In this document: piece after piece, positions 31,996-41,439 of the stretch
Layout of the letters: the number at the start of each line of letters is the position of its first letter
How positions within the stretch are numbered: position 1 is the stretch's first letter
From: an uncultured Bacilli bacterium
GTDB lineage: Bacteria > Bacillota_I > Bacilli_A > RF39 > UBA660
Reading direction: 5' to 3'
NCBI GenBank assembly: GCA_944358255.1
Contig: CALVQQ010000003.1
Span: forward strand, 1-49,853
Length of the DNA: 49,853 nt
Program-made: the position numbers and the translations under genes
Notes under the pieces: model-generated
The model's input: the letters and a program-made list of their open reading frames with translations, nothing else
What the model was told of the DNA's origin: nothing
Databases searched by the model: none

Positions 31996-32771
31996 ATATC
32001 ATCCACCAACTCACTGACACTATCAAAATACTTATCAACAATACCGTAATCCATCAAATACTTATTAACTTCGATCAAAAAAGGAAGTCCAACACCCAAT
32101 TTTTTCATAAGTTTATCTTCATTTAAAACATTAATAGTTTTACCACTGATTAAAATTTTTTCATTATTTAAGACAACAACATCACTACCAAATAAACACT
32201 CACTCACATCAGAAGTAAAATTAAAAACAATATTATCATTATTAACAAAATCATTTAAATTTTTAATAACCATATTTAAATCACATTTATCAAGTTCACA
32301 CAAAACTTCATCCAAAACCAAAACCTTAGGTTCACAAACAAGCGACCCAACTATTTTTATTTTAACTTTATCACTTATACCTAGAGAATTTGGATCTTTA
32401 TCTAACAAATTCATAATTTCAAACTTCTTAGCATATTTTAAAATCTTATCTTCCATCTCATTTTTATTTAATCCCAAACATTCCATACCAAAAGCAATAT
32501 CATCACTAACAGTTTCACCAACAAACAAATTAAGATGATCATGCAAAACAAAAGAAACATTTTTTTTATATTTAAAAATGTTTTTAGAATTAATCTTAGC
32601 AAACATTAAAGTAATATAATCATGATTATTTTTAAAAAGCAAATTATTGATTAACCTTTTATTCCCATCACCCAAAAAAGTAACAAATGAACGCGTTGGA
32701 AAACTAAAAGAAAAATCTTTACTTTCAATATATGTAAAATAATTATTAAAATTCATCACAAAACTCCTCAT
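31986..32771 (-). CDS. ecfA1: ECF transporter ATPase EcfA1-like (strongly degenerate nucleotide-binding motifs)
   Basis: 261 aa. ABC-like layout and position, with Walker B VLVLDEVL. Walker A reads LGDGNKRL, the signature reads LGISDKVK, and there is no H-loop His. Confidence 0.62.
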   Translation of the reverse strand: MRSFVMNFNNYFTYIESKDFSFSFPTRSFVTFLGDGNKRLINNLLFKNNHDYITLMFAKINSKNIFKYKKNVSFVLHDHLNLFVGETVSDDIAFGMECLGLNKNEMEDKILKYAKKFEIMNLLDKDPNSLGISDKVKIKIVGSLVCEPKVLVLDEVLCELDKCDLNMVIKNLNDFVNNDNIVFNFTSDVSECLFGSDVVVLNNEKILISGKTINVLNEDKLMKKLGVGLPFLIEVNKYLMDYGIVDKYFDSVSELVDDIWK

Positions 32772-32828
32772 AATTATTATACAATAACAAAAAAGAATAT
32801 TAAAGTTTTTCTAAAAACTCATCAATTT

Positions 32829-32865
32829 TAAAAAATAAAAGCAAAGCCTTATTTCACCTTGCTTT
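32829..32865 (-). terminator. Intrinsic terminator after the rpsP/KH operon
   Basis: Minus strand AAAGCAAGGUGAAAUAAGGCUUUGCUUU followed by UAUUUUUU. Confidence 0.55.
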
Positions 32866-33106
32866 AAAAAGAATCTATATTAATTTTAACATTTTTTATA
32901 CCGCTTAAAAATGCCTTTGTTTGAATCAATGTTTTAATAGAATTAGCTACTTTTCCACCCTTACCAATTACAGATGGCATATCACTTTCATTAACCAAAA
33001 CTTCAATAATTAATCCTTCTTCAGTATCAAAATCTTTAACTTTTATCATATCAGGATCACTTACTAAATTTTTAACTAAATATTCAGTATACTCTATTAA
33101 AGACAT
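32864..33106 (-). CDS. KH-domain RNA-binding protein (YlqC family)
   Basis: 80 aa. GKGGKVANSIKTL (KH GxxG loop). Immediately downstream of rpsP, as in Bacillus. Confidence 0.85.
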   Translation of the reverse strand: MSLIEYTEYLVKNLVSDPDMIKVKDFDTEEGLIIEVLVNESDMPSVIGKGGKVANSIKTLIQTKAFLSGIKNVKINIDSF

Positions 33107-33373
33107 TTATTTTCTTTTACTATTATGAAACTTTTCCATAATTCCAACTTGACTGAAAATACTTCTAACAGTATCAGTTGGCATAGCTCCCATATTTAAC
33201 CATTTAATAGCTACTTCTTCATTAATATTATATTTATTAGATTCTTCTAATGGATGATATGTTCCAATAAGTTCAATAAAACTACCATCTCTTTTATCTC
33301 TAGAATCAGCTGCCACAATACGATAACTTGGCTTCTTTTTTGATCCAGTTCTTTTTAATCTTAATTTTACCAT
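33107..33373 (-). CDS. rpsP: 30S ribosomal protein S16
   Basis: 88 aa. [25 protein letters not shown] is canonical S16. Confidence 0.96.
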   Translation of the reverse strand: MVKLRLKRTGSKKKPSYRIVAADSRDKRDGSFIELIGTYHPLEESNKYNINEEVAIKWLNMGAMPTDTVRSIFSQVGIMEKFHNSKRK

Positions 33374-33396
33374 AATATTCCCTCCACTTACTAAAT

Positions 33397-33425
33397 ATAA
33401 TACACTACAAAAGAAAAGATGTCAA
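33397..33425 (-). promoter_or_regulatory. Promoter for rpsP
   Basis: Minus strand TTGACA - 17 nt - TATTAT. Confidence 0.5.
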
Positions 33426-33431
33426 CATTTT

Positions 33432-35060
33432 TTAGTTGACACAATATAACTTATCTTCTTCAATCCTATTATATAATAATTTTAAATCTTCTATTTTTAT
33501 ATCACCCTTAATGATCTGTTCTTTCCAACCAAAATCTTTTATATTCAATATTTTTCTGATTTTTTCAGACCCAATTGGTAATATTGGATGAATCATATTA
33601 GCGATATTTGCCATCATATAAACACATGTATACGTCGTTTTATTAAATTCGTCAATATTTTCCTTTACTTGTACCCATGGTTCTTTACTATCATAATATT
33701 TATTAGCTAAACTTATATATTCTATAATTTTTATAGCTGCATTTCTTATTTCGCCTTTTTCAAAACAATCCCCTATTACTTTATATGCATTTATCGTTTC
33801 GTCTTTAATATCTTTGTCGATATCAGCTTCTTTAATCACTCCATCAAACTTTTTAACTATAAACGATAAATTTCTATTTACAAAATTTCCTAACATTCCA
33901 ACTAAAAATTTATTATGTGTTTGCACAATATCTTCCATAGAACAGCTAACATCATTTGTTTCTGGACCCTTAAACGCAAAATAAAATCTAATTGTATCAC
34001 TATCAAAATGCTCTAATAATTCATTCACTGTTATTAAATTTCCTTTTGATTTACTCATTTTCTCATTGTTTAAATTTACATAAGCTGAAGAAACTATATA
34101 ATCAGGCAATCTATAATTATTTTTCATTGCACTAATCAAAGCTGGATATATAATCGCATGAAACGGAATATTATCTTTTCCATGAACATAATAAGTTTTT
34201 AAATTTTCATTATCATTAGACATAAATTTATCAAAATCAATTTGTCTTGAAGCTGCAACTTTACTACCGACTGATAAATAACCTAAAACTGCCTCAATCC
34301 AAACATATATCCTTTTATCTTCATAACCAGACACAGGTACTGGAACACCCCATTCTATCTGTCTAGTAGCCGCACGATCAACAAGTCCCATATCGATATA
34401 TTTTTGTGCTTCTCCTACCGCATTTTTTCTCCATGTATTTTTATTTTTATCAATCAATTCCTGCAACACCTTTTCAAATTTAGTCAAAGCAAAATATAAA
34501 TGTTTATTAGTTTTACAAACAGTATTAGACCCACAAATAATACACTTTTTATTTAAAACTTCAGTACTATTCAAAGAATGATTACATTCTTCACACTGAT
34601 CTCCTGTACTTTTACCACCACAATATGGACAAGTTCCAATTATTTCCCTATCAGATAAAAATTTATTACATTTTTCACAATAGTCTTGCAATTCTTCTTT
34701 TTCATAAATATATCCATTATCCAACATCCTTTTAAACTGTTCCATTACATACATTTTATGATGTTCATACATAGTAGCGGAATATTCATCATATTCAAAA
34801 CCAGCGTTCTTAAATGTTTTAATAAATTCATTATGATAAAAAGTTGCTATCTCACTAGGTTCAACACCTTCTTTTCTTGCTCTTTCTGTAATAGGCGTAC
34901 CATGGCAATCAGACCCAGAAACATAAATAACCTCATCACCATTTTCCCTAAAATACTTAGCAAGTATATCCCCAGGTAACAAAGCTGCCAAATGTCCAAT
35001 ATGCAAATAATAATTAGCATAAGGCCATGCACCACCTATAAGTATATTTCTTTTTGACAT
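33432..35060 (-). CDS. metG: Methionine--tRNA ligase
   Basis: 542 aa. HIGH motif (LHIGHL), KMSKS motif (KMSKSKGN), and Zn knuckles CPYCGG...CEEC. Confidence 0.95.
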   Translation of the reverse strand: MSKRNILIGGAWPYANYYLHIGHLAALLPGDILAKYFRENGDEVIYVSGSDCHGTPITERARKEGVEPSEIATFYHNEFIKTFKNAGFEYDEYSATMYEHHKMYVMEQFKRMLDNGYIYEKEELQDYCEKCNKFLSDREIIGTCPYCGGKSTGDQCEECNHSLNSTEVLNKKCIICGSNTVCKTNKHLYFALTKFEKVLQELIDKNKNTWRKNAVGEAQKYIDMGLVDRAATRQIEWGVPVPVSGYEDKRIYVWIEAVLGYLSVGSKVAASRQIDFDKFMSNDNENLKTYYVHGKDNIPFHAIIYPALISAMKNNYRLPDYIVSSAYVNLNNEKMSKSKGNLITVNELLEHFDSDTIRFYFAFKGPETNDVSCSMEDIVQTHNKFLVGMLGNFVNRNLSFIVKKFDGVIKEADIDKDIKDETINAYKVIGDCFEKGEIRNAAIKIIEYISLANKYYDSKEPWVQVKENIDEFNKTTYTCVYMMANIANMIHPILPIGSEKIRKILNIKDFGWKEQIIKGDIKIEDLKLLYNRIEEDKLYCVN

Positions 35061-35084
35061 AAATTCACCTCATTCATGACTTTA

Positions 35085-35113
35085 ATTATATCAGCAATCA
35101 TGCATTTTTTCAA
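35085..35113 (-). promoter_or_regulatory. Promoter for metG
   Basis: Minus strand TTGAAA - 17 nt - TGATATAAT (extended -10). Confidence 0.6.
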
Positions 35114-35177
35114 TTTATTAATAAAACATACATTAAAATACTATATAATTTTTTTAACATATTCAACGATTTTTTTG

Positions 35178-35211
35178 ACAAAAAAACAAAATATTTGATT
35201 CAAATATTTTG
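35178..35211 (-). terminator. Intrinsic terminator after cotE
   Basis: 12-nt inverted repeat CAAAATATTTGA/TCAAATATTTTG followed on the minus strand by U7. Confidence 0.7.
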
Positions 35212-35219
35212 CCTTAAAA

Positions 35220-35762
35220 CTAATTTAAATAATCTTCATTTACATCATCTATTTCACTTATCACTTCATCAAGTTCTTCTTCACTCATAGTATCATCTAA
35301 AGTTTCATATTCTTCCTCATCATTATAAATAGCAATTTTTACTTTAGTATCACCAATAATTTCAATACCAAGTTCCTTTTCGACTACATACTTTATAACA
35401 TTATCTTCACTACTAACTTCTACACAAGTAGGATTTTTAAGGCTCCTAATTATAATTTCAGAACTATCATTTAAATTACCATCATCTTTCAAACTTATAT
35501 CAACATTATGTTCATAATTTATTCTCTTACTAGCAACATCGGTTTTTGTATTACCATCATAACTATACCAAATATTAACATCATAACTACCATTAATCTT
35601 AACTTTACCATTATTATTTTTACCACTCATTGTATGATTTATAATCCAACAACCAAGTACAGTATCGACCTCATCTTCAAGAGCAATTTCATAATTATTT
35701 TTAAAAGTTTTTTTACCCTTACCAACAATTGCTTTAGTAACAATTTCTTTAAACTTATTCAC
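35220..35762 (-). CDS. cotE: Spore coat morphogenetic protein CotE homologue
   Basis: Blocks match B. subtilis CotE as I recall it: EIVTKAIVGKGKK, LGCWIINH, YDVNIWYSYDGNTKTDV, NPTCVEV, and an acidic C-terminal tail. About 180 aa, like CotE. It neighbours miaB, as in Bacillus. Likely GTG start at 35762, 5 nt after AGGTGA. Confidence 0.72.
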   Translation of the reverse strand: MNKFKEIVTKAIVGKGKKTFKNNYEIALEDEVDTVLGCWIINHTMSGKNNNGKVKINGSYDVNIWYSYDGNTKTDVASKRINYEHNVDISLKDDGNLNDSSEIIIRSLKNPTCVEVSSEDNVIKYVVEKELGIEIIGDTKVKIAIYNDEEEYETLDDTMSEEELDEVISEIDDVNEDYLN

Positions 35763-35812
35763 ACATATCACCTAGTTTAATTTATGCAAAAAAACTAATT
35801 TATGTGCCTATC

Positions 35813-37216
35813 TTACTGAGCTAACACACCATCCATACTAAAACTTTTAGTATCAGTTATTCTAACTTTTACAATTTGACCTATTAACTCATTCCCACCG
35901 ACAACATTAACCAATTTCATATTTTCAGTATACCCCATAACTTTATCTTCACCTTTTTCACTCTTACCCAAAACCAAAACATTTACTATTTTATCTAAGT
36001 ATTTAGAGTTACCCATATTACTATACTTATTCACAACTTCATTTAACCTATTAAGTCTTTCAAATTTTACATCTTCATCAACTTGATCTTTCATAATACT
36101 AGCAGGAGTATTTTCACGAGGAGAATAAGCAAAAGTAAACGCACCATCAAACTTACACGTATTAACCAAGTCAAGAGTTTCATTAAAGTCTTCTTCCGTC
36201 TCACCAGGAAAACCAACAATAATATCAGTAGTTATACTAACACCTTCAATACTTCTAAGTTTATTATAAAGACTAATATAACTTTCCTTCGTATAACGTC
36301 TCCCCATTAATTTAAGAATCCTATTACTACCAGACTGAACAGGCAAATGAACATAAGGCATTACATTAGGCAAATCTCTAATCGCACAAACCATTTCATC
36401 GGTAAAATCCCATGGATGACTAGTAACAAAGCGTATTCTTTCAATACCAGTATCACTAACATCCTTCAAAAGATTAGCAAGAGTATAATTTTCATAAATA
36501 TCTTTTCCATATGCATTCACATTTTGCCCCAAAAGAGTAACCTCTTTAAAGCCCTGTTTTTTTAGATTAACGACTTCCTCAACAATACTTTCCTTACTCC
36601 TACTCCTCTGCGCGCCTCTAGTATAAGGAACAATACAATAAGTACAAAATTTATCACAACCAAGAATAATATCAACATAAGCAGTTATATTATTACTCCT
36701 TTTAAAAGGGAATCCCTCGCAAACATCACCATACTTACTAAAAACTTCAATACTTTGTTTACCACTAGTAACAGACTCATTAATAAGTTTTATAACATCT
36801 TCTATATTATGTGTACCAAAGACAAAATTAACAAACTTATACTTATCTTTAAGTTCATTAGTAACACTTTCTTCCTGAGGCATACAACCACAAACACCAA
36901 TAACCAAATCTTTTTTAGTTTCTTTCAAATGTTTAAGTTGACCCAAAAAGCCAAAAACCTTATTATGTGCATTTTCTCTAATCGCACATGTATTTATAAT
37001 AACAACATCAGCATCAACATAATTTTCGCATGCAACAAAACCATTTGATTCCAAAATACCTTTAATCTTTTCAGTGTCATGCTCATTCATTTGACATCCA
37101 TATGTTCTAATAAAATATTTCTTATTCTTTAAAACGCACTTTACGTCTTCATAATTATAAACATTAAATTCCTTTTTATTCCTTTTTTTAGCTTCAATCA
37201 TATTTGGTAGATTCAT
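35813..37216 (-). CDS. miaB: tRNA-2-methylthio-N6-dimethylallyladenosine synthase MiaB
   Basis: UPF0004 N-terminal cysteines (YGCQMNEHD), radical-SAM CDKFCTYCIVP, and a TRAM C-terminus. ATG at 37216 after GGGTGA. Confidence 0.92.
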   Translation of the reverse strand: MNLPNMIEAKKRNKKEFNVYNYEDVKCVLKNKKYFIRTYGCQMNEHDTEKIKGILESNGFVACENYVDADVVIINTCAIRENAHNKVFGFLGQLKHLKETKKDLVIGVCGCMPQEESVTNELKDKYKFVNFVFGTHNIEDVIKLINESVTSGKQSIEVFSKYGDVCEGFPFKRSNNITAYVDIILGCDKFCTYCIVPYTRGAQRSRSKESIVEEVVNLKKQGFKEVTLLGQNVNAYGKDIYENYTLANLLKDVSDTGIERIRFVTSHPWDFTDEMVCAIRDLPNVMPYVHLPVQSGSNRILKLMGRRYTKESYISLYNKLRSIEGVSITTDIIVGFPGETEEDFNETLDLVNTCKFDGAFTFAYSPRENTPASIMKDQVDEDVKFERLNRLNEVVNKYSNMGNSKYLDKIVNVLVLGKSEKGEDKVMGYTENMKLVNVVGGNELIGQIVKVRITDTKSFSMDGVLAQ

Positions 37217-37253
37217 AAACTTCACCCGAGAAGTATTATATCACAAATAAAAA

Positions 37254-37571
37254 CTACTTTTCACTAATTTGTAATATATCTTTAATAGGTATAACTTTAT
37301 TATCAATTGTTAAAACACCATCGTTAGTTTTAGCAATCAAAGTTTCCTCCCTCTTTCCATCCTTCAAAGTTAGAATAACATTAACCTTATACACAAAATT
37401 AGAAGAATTAAAAATATCATTTATCTTTTTTTGAACCAATAAATTATTAACAGCACTAGAACTATCTAACGTTTTAGAAACACTTTTACCCTTTTTAGAA
37501 TAAAAAACTTCTTCATTATTAACACTTTTGCTACTTATTTTATTAACATAAACTTTAGGCAGTTTATTCAT
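37254..37571 (-). CDS. Hypothetical small protein
   Basis: 105 aa from ATG 37571 (AGGTGA RBS). The C-terminal half is beta-rich (VYKVNVILTLKDGKREETLIAKTNDGVLTIDNKVIPIKDILQI). No family recognised. Confidence 0.5.
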   Translation of the reverse strand: MNKLPKVYVNKISSKSVNNEEVFYSKKGKSVSKTLDSSSAVNNLLVQKKINDIFNSSNFVYKVNVILTLKDGKREETLIAKTNDGVLTIDNKVIPIKDILQISEK

Positions 37572-37646
37572 ATCAATCACCTATGTTATTTTATGAAAAA
37601 CATAAAAAATAGTTCTAAATAACACAAACATGTAAATACTAATACT

Positions 37647-38774
37647 ATGAAAACAAAAAATTACAACATACTAATAATAACATGTTTTTTATTTATGATT
37701 AGTATAGGTATACTATCTATTTATAGTGCTTCAGTACTCATTGGCACTTCTTACAGTAATCTATACATAAAACAAATAACATCAATAATAACTGGAATTA
37801 TAATAATGATATTTCTAATAATAATTGGAAACGAAAAAATACTAAAATATTCTAAAGTAGCTTATATAACGTCAATATTTTTATTAACAATAACGTTATT
37901 CATAGGAAAAGAAATAAACGGATCAAAATGTTGGCTTACACTAGGAGGAATAACATTCCAACCTTCAGAATTTATGAAAATCTCATTAATATTATTACTA
38001 AGCGAAATAATAGAAAAATATCATTTTAAAAACAAAAGAAACATAAAAGAAGAATTAAAACTAATTATAACAACACTGATAATAACTTTAATACCATCAT
38101 TTCTAGTATTCATAGAGCCAGACACCGGTTCAGTAATAATGTACATTTTAATATGGTTAACACTATTATTCATAAGTCCACTTAGAAACAGATGGATTAT
38201 AATACTAATAACATTCATAACATTACTTTTTTCATCATTCATACTGACATACATATTTTATCCAGACATACTCATAAAAATATTTAGTAGTTCAATTTTT
38301 TACAGAATTGATAGAATATTAAATTGGCAAATAAGTGAAGGAATGCAATTAGAAAACAGTTTAATAGCTATTGGTACCGGTGGATTTAAAGGAACAGGAT
38401 TAACAAATACACCTATTTACATTCCAGAAGCATACTCAGACTTTATATTTCCAATATACGCGAACAACTTCGGACTTATAGGAGTAGCAACACTAATAAG
38501 TATAATAATAATATTTAATCTAATCAGTATAAACAAAATAATAAACACATCAAAAACAGTTGAAAAATATTTAATAACCGGCGTTATAATAACACTAATA
38601 TTTAGTCAAATACAAAACATAGGAATGACACTAGGACTATTACCAATAATGGGAATACCCTTACCATACATTAGTTACGGAGGAAGCAGCATAATAACTT
38701 ATACAATATTTATAGCATTCATAATAAATACAAACCGAAAAAAAAGTCATACTTTGTCTAAACAATTGAAGTAA
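37647..38774 (+). CDS. FtsW/RodA/SpoVE-family peptidoglycan glycosyltransferase (SEDS)
   Basis: 375 aa, about 10 TM segments. SEDS blocks QPSEFMKISLILLL, EPDTGS, LPYISYGGSS. Confidence 0.9.
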   Translation: MKTKNYNILIITCFLFMISIGILSIYSASVLIGTSYSNLYIKQITSIITGIIIMIFLIIIGNEKILKYSKVAYITSIFLLTITLFIGKEINGSKCWLTLGGITFQPSEFMKISLILLLSEIIEKYHFKNKRNIKEELKLIITTLIITLIPSFLVFIEPDTGSVIMYILIWLTLLFISPLRNRWIIILITFITLLFSSFILTYIFYPDILIKIFSSSIFYRIDRILNWQISEGMQLENSLIAIGTGGFKGTGLTNTPIYIPEAYSDFIFPIYANNFGLIGVATLISIIIIFNLISINKIINTSKTVEKYLITGVIITLIFSQIQNIGMTLGLLPIMGIPLPYISYGGSSIITYTIFIAFIINTNRKKSHTLSKQLK

Positions 38775-38800
38775 AATATCTAGCGTAATATAATAAAAAC

Positions 38801-39346
38801 ATGAAAAAAATAATAACAATATCATTTGCAATATTTGCATTAATTATAATACCAATTCATTTTATAAACAAAATCAAAGAAATAGAAAAACAAAATACAA
38901 TAACTAAGTATTCATACACATACAATTACACAAGCGAAGGAATTAATTTTTATAAAACAAGTAATACAAGCACATTACTAAGTTATTACGAATGCGATGA
39001 CTGTGTATTACACAACATAAATACAAACATTTACTTCAAAGATGGTGTAACAATAATAAAAGATAATGATGCCTTAATAACATTTGACTTTGTAAACAAC
39101 AAAACACTAAACACAAAAAAATATGAAAACAAAACATACGACTACATAAAAACATACGATGACTTTTTACTCGTTATAGAAAATGACACTTTAAAGCTGA
39201 TAGATTACAAAGAAGACGACCTATTAATAATTGACAAAATAACCGAATACACCAACATCACAAGTGAATTAAAAAACAATTTATTAACAGTAAAAACAAA
39301 CAATAAAACATACAACATCAATACACTAACATACGAATTAACATAA
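38801..39346 (+). CDS. Hypothetical membrane-anchored or secreted protein
   Basis: 181 aa. N-terminal hydrophobic segment, Asn/Thr/Tyr-rich body, no recognisable motifs. Confidence 0.5.
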   Translation: MKKIITISFAIFALIIIPIHFINKIKEIEKQNTITKYSYTYNYTSEGINFYKTSNTSTLLSYYECDDCVLHNINTNIYFKDGVTIIKDNDALITFDFVNNKTLNTKKYENKTYDYIKTYDDFLLVIENDTLKLIDYKEDDLLIIDKITEYTNITSELKNNLLTVKTNNKTYNINTLTYELT

Positions 39347-39391
39347 TTTGGAAATTGACTAAATAGTCTTTTTTTTATATACTAGTTATAG

Positions 39392-39405
39392 CGAACAAAA
39401 GTTGG
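39392..39405 (+). promoter_or_regulatory. LexA (Cheo/SOS) box-like operator upstream of the Y-family polymerase gene
   Basis: CGAACAAAAGTTGG against the Gram-positive consensus CGAAC-N4-GTTCG (one core mismatch). It lies between a TATACT -10-like hexamer (39377-39382) and the ATG. Confidence 0.5.
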
Positions 39406-39413
39406 TGTTATAT

Positions 39414-40664
39414 ATGGAAGAAAGAAATATTATTTGTATTGATTTAAAAAGTTTTTTTGCTTCAGTTGAATGCGTAAATCGAGGACTAGACCCTGATACT
39501 ACCCCACTTGTAGTAACAGACATAACAAGAGGTGAAGGTGCGATTACACTAGCAGTAACCCCATATTTAAAAAAAATGGGAGTAAAATCAAGAGGCCGAA
39601 TTTTTGAATTGCCAAAAAACATAAAAATCATATATGCAAAACCAAGAATGAAACTATACCTAGAAAAAAGCAAAGAAATAATTGAAATATATTTAAACTA
39701 TGTAAGTAAAGATGACATGCACATTTATTCAATTGACGAAGTATTTTTAGATGTAACAGATTATTTAAAACTTTATAAAATGACAGATTACGAACTAGCA
39801 CTAAAAATAAAAGAAGATATATTTAATAAAACCAAAATAAAAAGTAGCGCTGGAATAGGACCAAATCTATTTTTGGCAAAAGTCGCAATGGATGTGGAAT
39901 CAAAACACAATGAAAACGGAATAGCAAAATGGACAAAAGAGGATATAAAAACTAAATTATGGAATATAACTCCACTTGATAAAGTATGGTCTATAGGGAC
40001 GAAAACAATGAAAAAATTAAATTCATTAGGCATATATAAACTTGGAGATATTAATAAATATGATATAAATTTTTACAAAAAAAGATTTGGTATTTTAGGA
40101 GAAGATTTATATTTACACGCGAATGGTATTTATTTCAGTAAAATAAGTGAAAAAGAAGAAATAAAAAATAAAAGTTATGGAATAAGTCAAATACTATACA
40201 AAGACTACAACATAGAAACAACAAAACTAATTATAAAAGAAATGTGTTCTAAAATAGCAAAACGTTTAAGAGAAAACAAAAAAAATTGTATGTTATTATC
40301 ATTTGGAATATCATATTCAAGGGTTATAGGAGGTGGTTTCCACCATTCAAAAAAACTTGACAGCGAAACAGATGATGAAGAAACACTATACAAAATATGT
40401 ATAAGCATATATGAAAACTATGTAGAAGATTTACCAATAAGAAAAATATCAATTGCAGTTGGAAAAATTTCAGACAAGTTATATAAACAACTAAACCTAT
40501 TTGAAGAAAACGAAAAACAAGAAAATAACGAAAAACTTATAAAAGGATTAGACGAAATTGCAAAAAGATTTGGTGACAATGCAGTTTTAAGAGCATCAAG
40601 TTTATTAGATTATTCAACTATTAAGAAGAGAAATAACACTTTAGCTGGGCATAATAAAGAATAA
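39414..40664 (+). CDS. Y-family DNA polymerase (UvrX/YqjW/ImpB-type translesion polymerase)
   Basis: IICIDLKSFFASVECV N-terminal catalytic motif and SIDEVFLDVT. About 416 aa from ATG 39414 (the ORF track starts at TTG 39402). Confidence 0.9.
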   Translation: MEERNIICIDLKSFFASVECVNRGLDPDTTPLVVTDITRGEGAITLAVTPYLKKMGVKSRGRIFELPKNIKIIYAKPRMKLYLEKSKEIIEIYLNYVSKDDMHIYSIDEVFLDVTDYLKLYKMTDYELALKIKEDIFNKTKIKSSAGIGPNLFLAKVAMDVESKHNENGIAKWTKEDIKTKLWNITPLDKVWSIGTKTMKKLNSLGIYKLGDINKYDINFYKKRFGILGEDLYLHANGIYFSKISEKEEIKNKSYGISQILYKDYNIETTKLIIKEMCSKIAKRLRENKKNCMLLSFGISYSRVIGGGFHHSKKLDSETDDEETLYKICISIYENYVEDLPIRKISIAVGKISDKLYKQLNLFEENEKQENNEKLIKGLDEIAKRFGDNAVLRASSLLDYSTIKKRNNTLAGHNKE

Positions 40665-40673
40665 GGTGATCTT

Positions 40674-40979
40674 ATGCGCAAAATGATTAAATGGAAGCCA
40701 TTTAACACAATTCCTGAAATGAGTAAAATAATAGATGAAATTGAAGAAAAGAAAACAAAACAACCTCTTCCAATAATGATGCAAGATTTAACAGAAAGCA
40801 TAAATTACAATATAAAGGAAGCAATACACGATAACAAAAAAATTGAAATAAAATATTTTAAACAAGGATTTTTAAAATACGAACACGGATATATAGAAAA
40901 AATTGATACAAACAAAAAATATATCTTAATAAACAATACAAAGATATATTTTAAATACATTATTAATGCAAAGATTTAA
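40674..40979 (+). CDS. YolD-like protein (accessory partner of UvrX/YqjW-type polymerases)
   Basis: 101 aa. WKPFNTIPE motif and size are typical of YolD-like proteins. It follows the Y-family polymerase gene by 9 nt. RBS AAGGTGA. Confidence 0.62.
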   Translation: MRKMIKWKPFNTIPEMSKIIDEIEEKKTKQPLPIMMQDLTESINYNIKEAIHDNKKIEIKYFKQGFLKYEHGYIEKIDTNKKYILINNTKIYFKYIINAKI

Positions 40980-41415
40980 AAGATCTAGAAAATCCAATAT
41001 CTGATCTTAAATCATCTATAGACAAACCATGGGGAAATTTAATACTTTTCCACTTATTATATTCATCACTATTCCAAATTTCAGCATAATCTCTCATACC
41101 CGTCCAAGTCATTACCGGAGTAACACTATTTTCCCTTATAAAACTTGTAGGCAATACAATTCTCCTTTGAGCATCCATTTTACAAGAAAATGTAGACGAA
41201 TAAATACCTCTCCCATAATTTTCACGAAGTTGATCCGATTTACCACTTAAAAAACTTTCAACCAAAATTTCAAAATTTTCTGGAGTACTAACTAATATAA
41301 ACTCTTTTAAATTTGTTAAAAACAAAATCTTAGACTTAAATTCACTAGCAAAAGCACTAGGAACAAATAATCTGTTTTTTGAATCTAATCTACTATCATA
41401 TTTTCCTAATAACAC
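40963..41415 (-). CDS. mraZ: MraZ-family transcriptional regulator (stand-alone)
   Basis: 150 aa with the two MraZ repeats LDSKNRLFVPSAF and MDAQRRIVLPTSF, then YAEIWNSDEYNKW. GTG start 7 nt after GGAGG. Confidence 0.8.
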   Translation of the reverse strand: MLLGKYDSRLDSKNRLFVPSAFASEFKSKILFLTNLKEFILVSTPENFEILVESFLSGKSDQLRENYGRGIYSSTFSCKMDAQRRIVLPTSFIRENSVTPVMTWTGMRDYAEIWNSDEYNKWKSIKFPHGLSIDDLRSDIGFSRSFKSLH

Positions 41416-41439
41416 AACAAAACCTCCTCATGAATCAAA

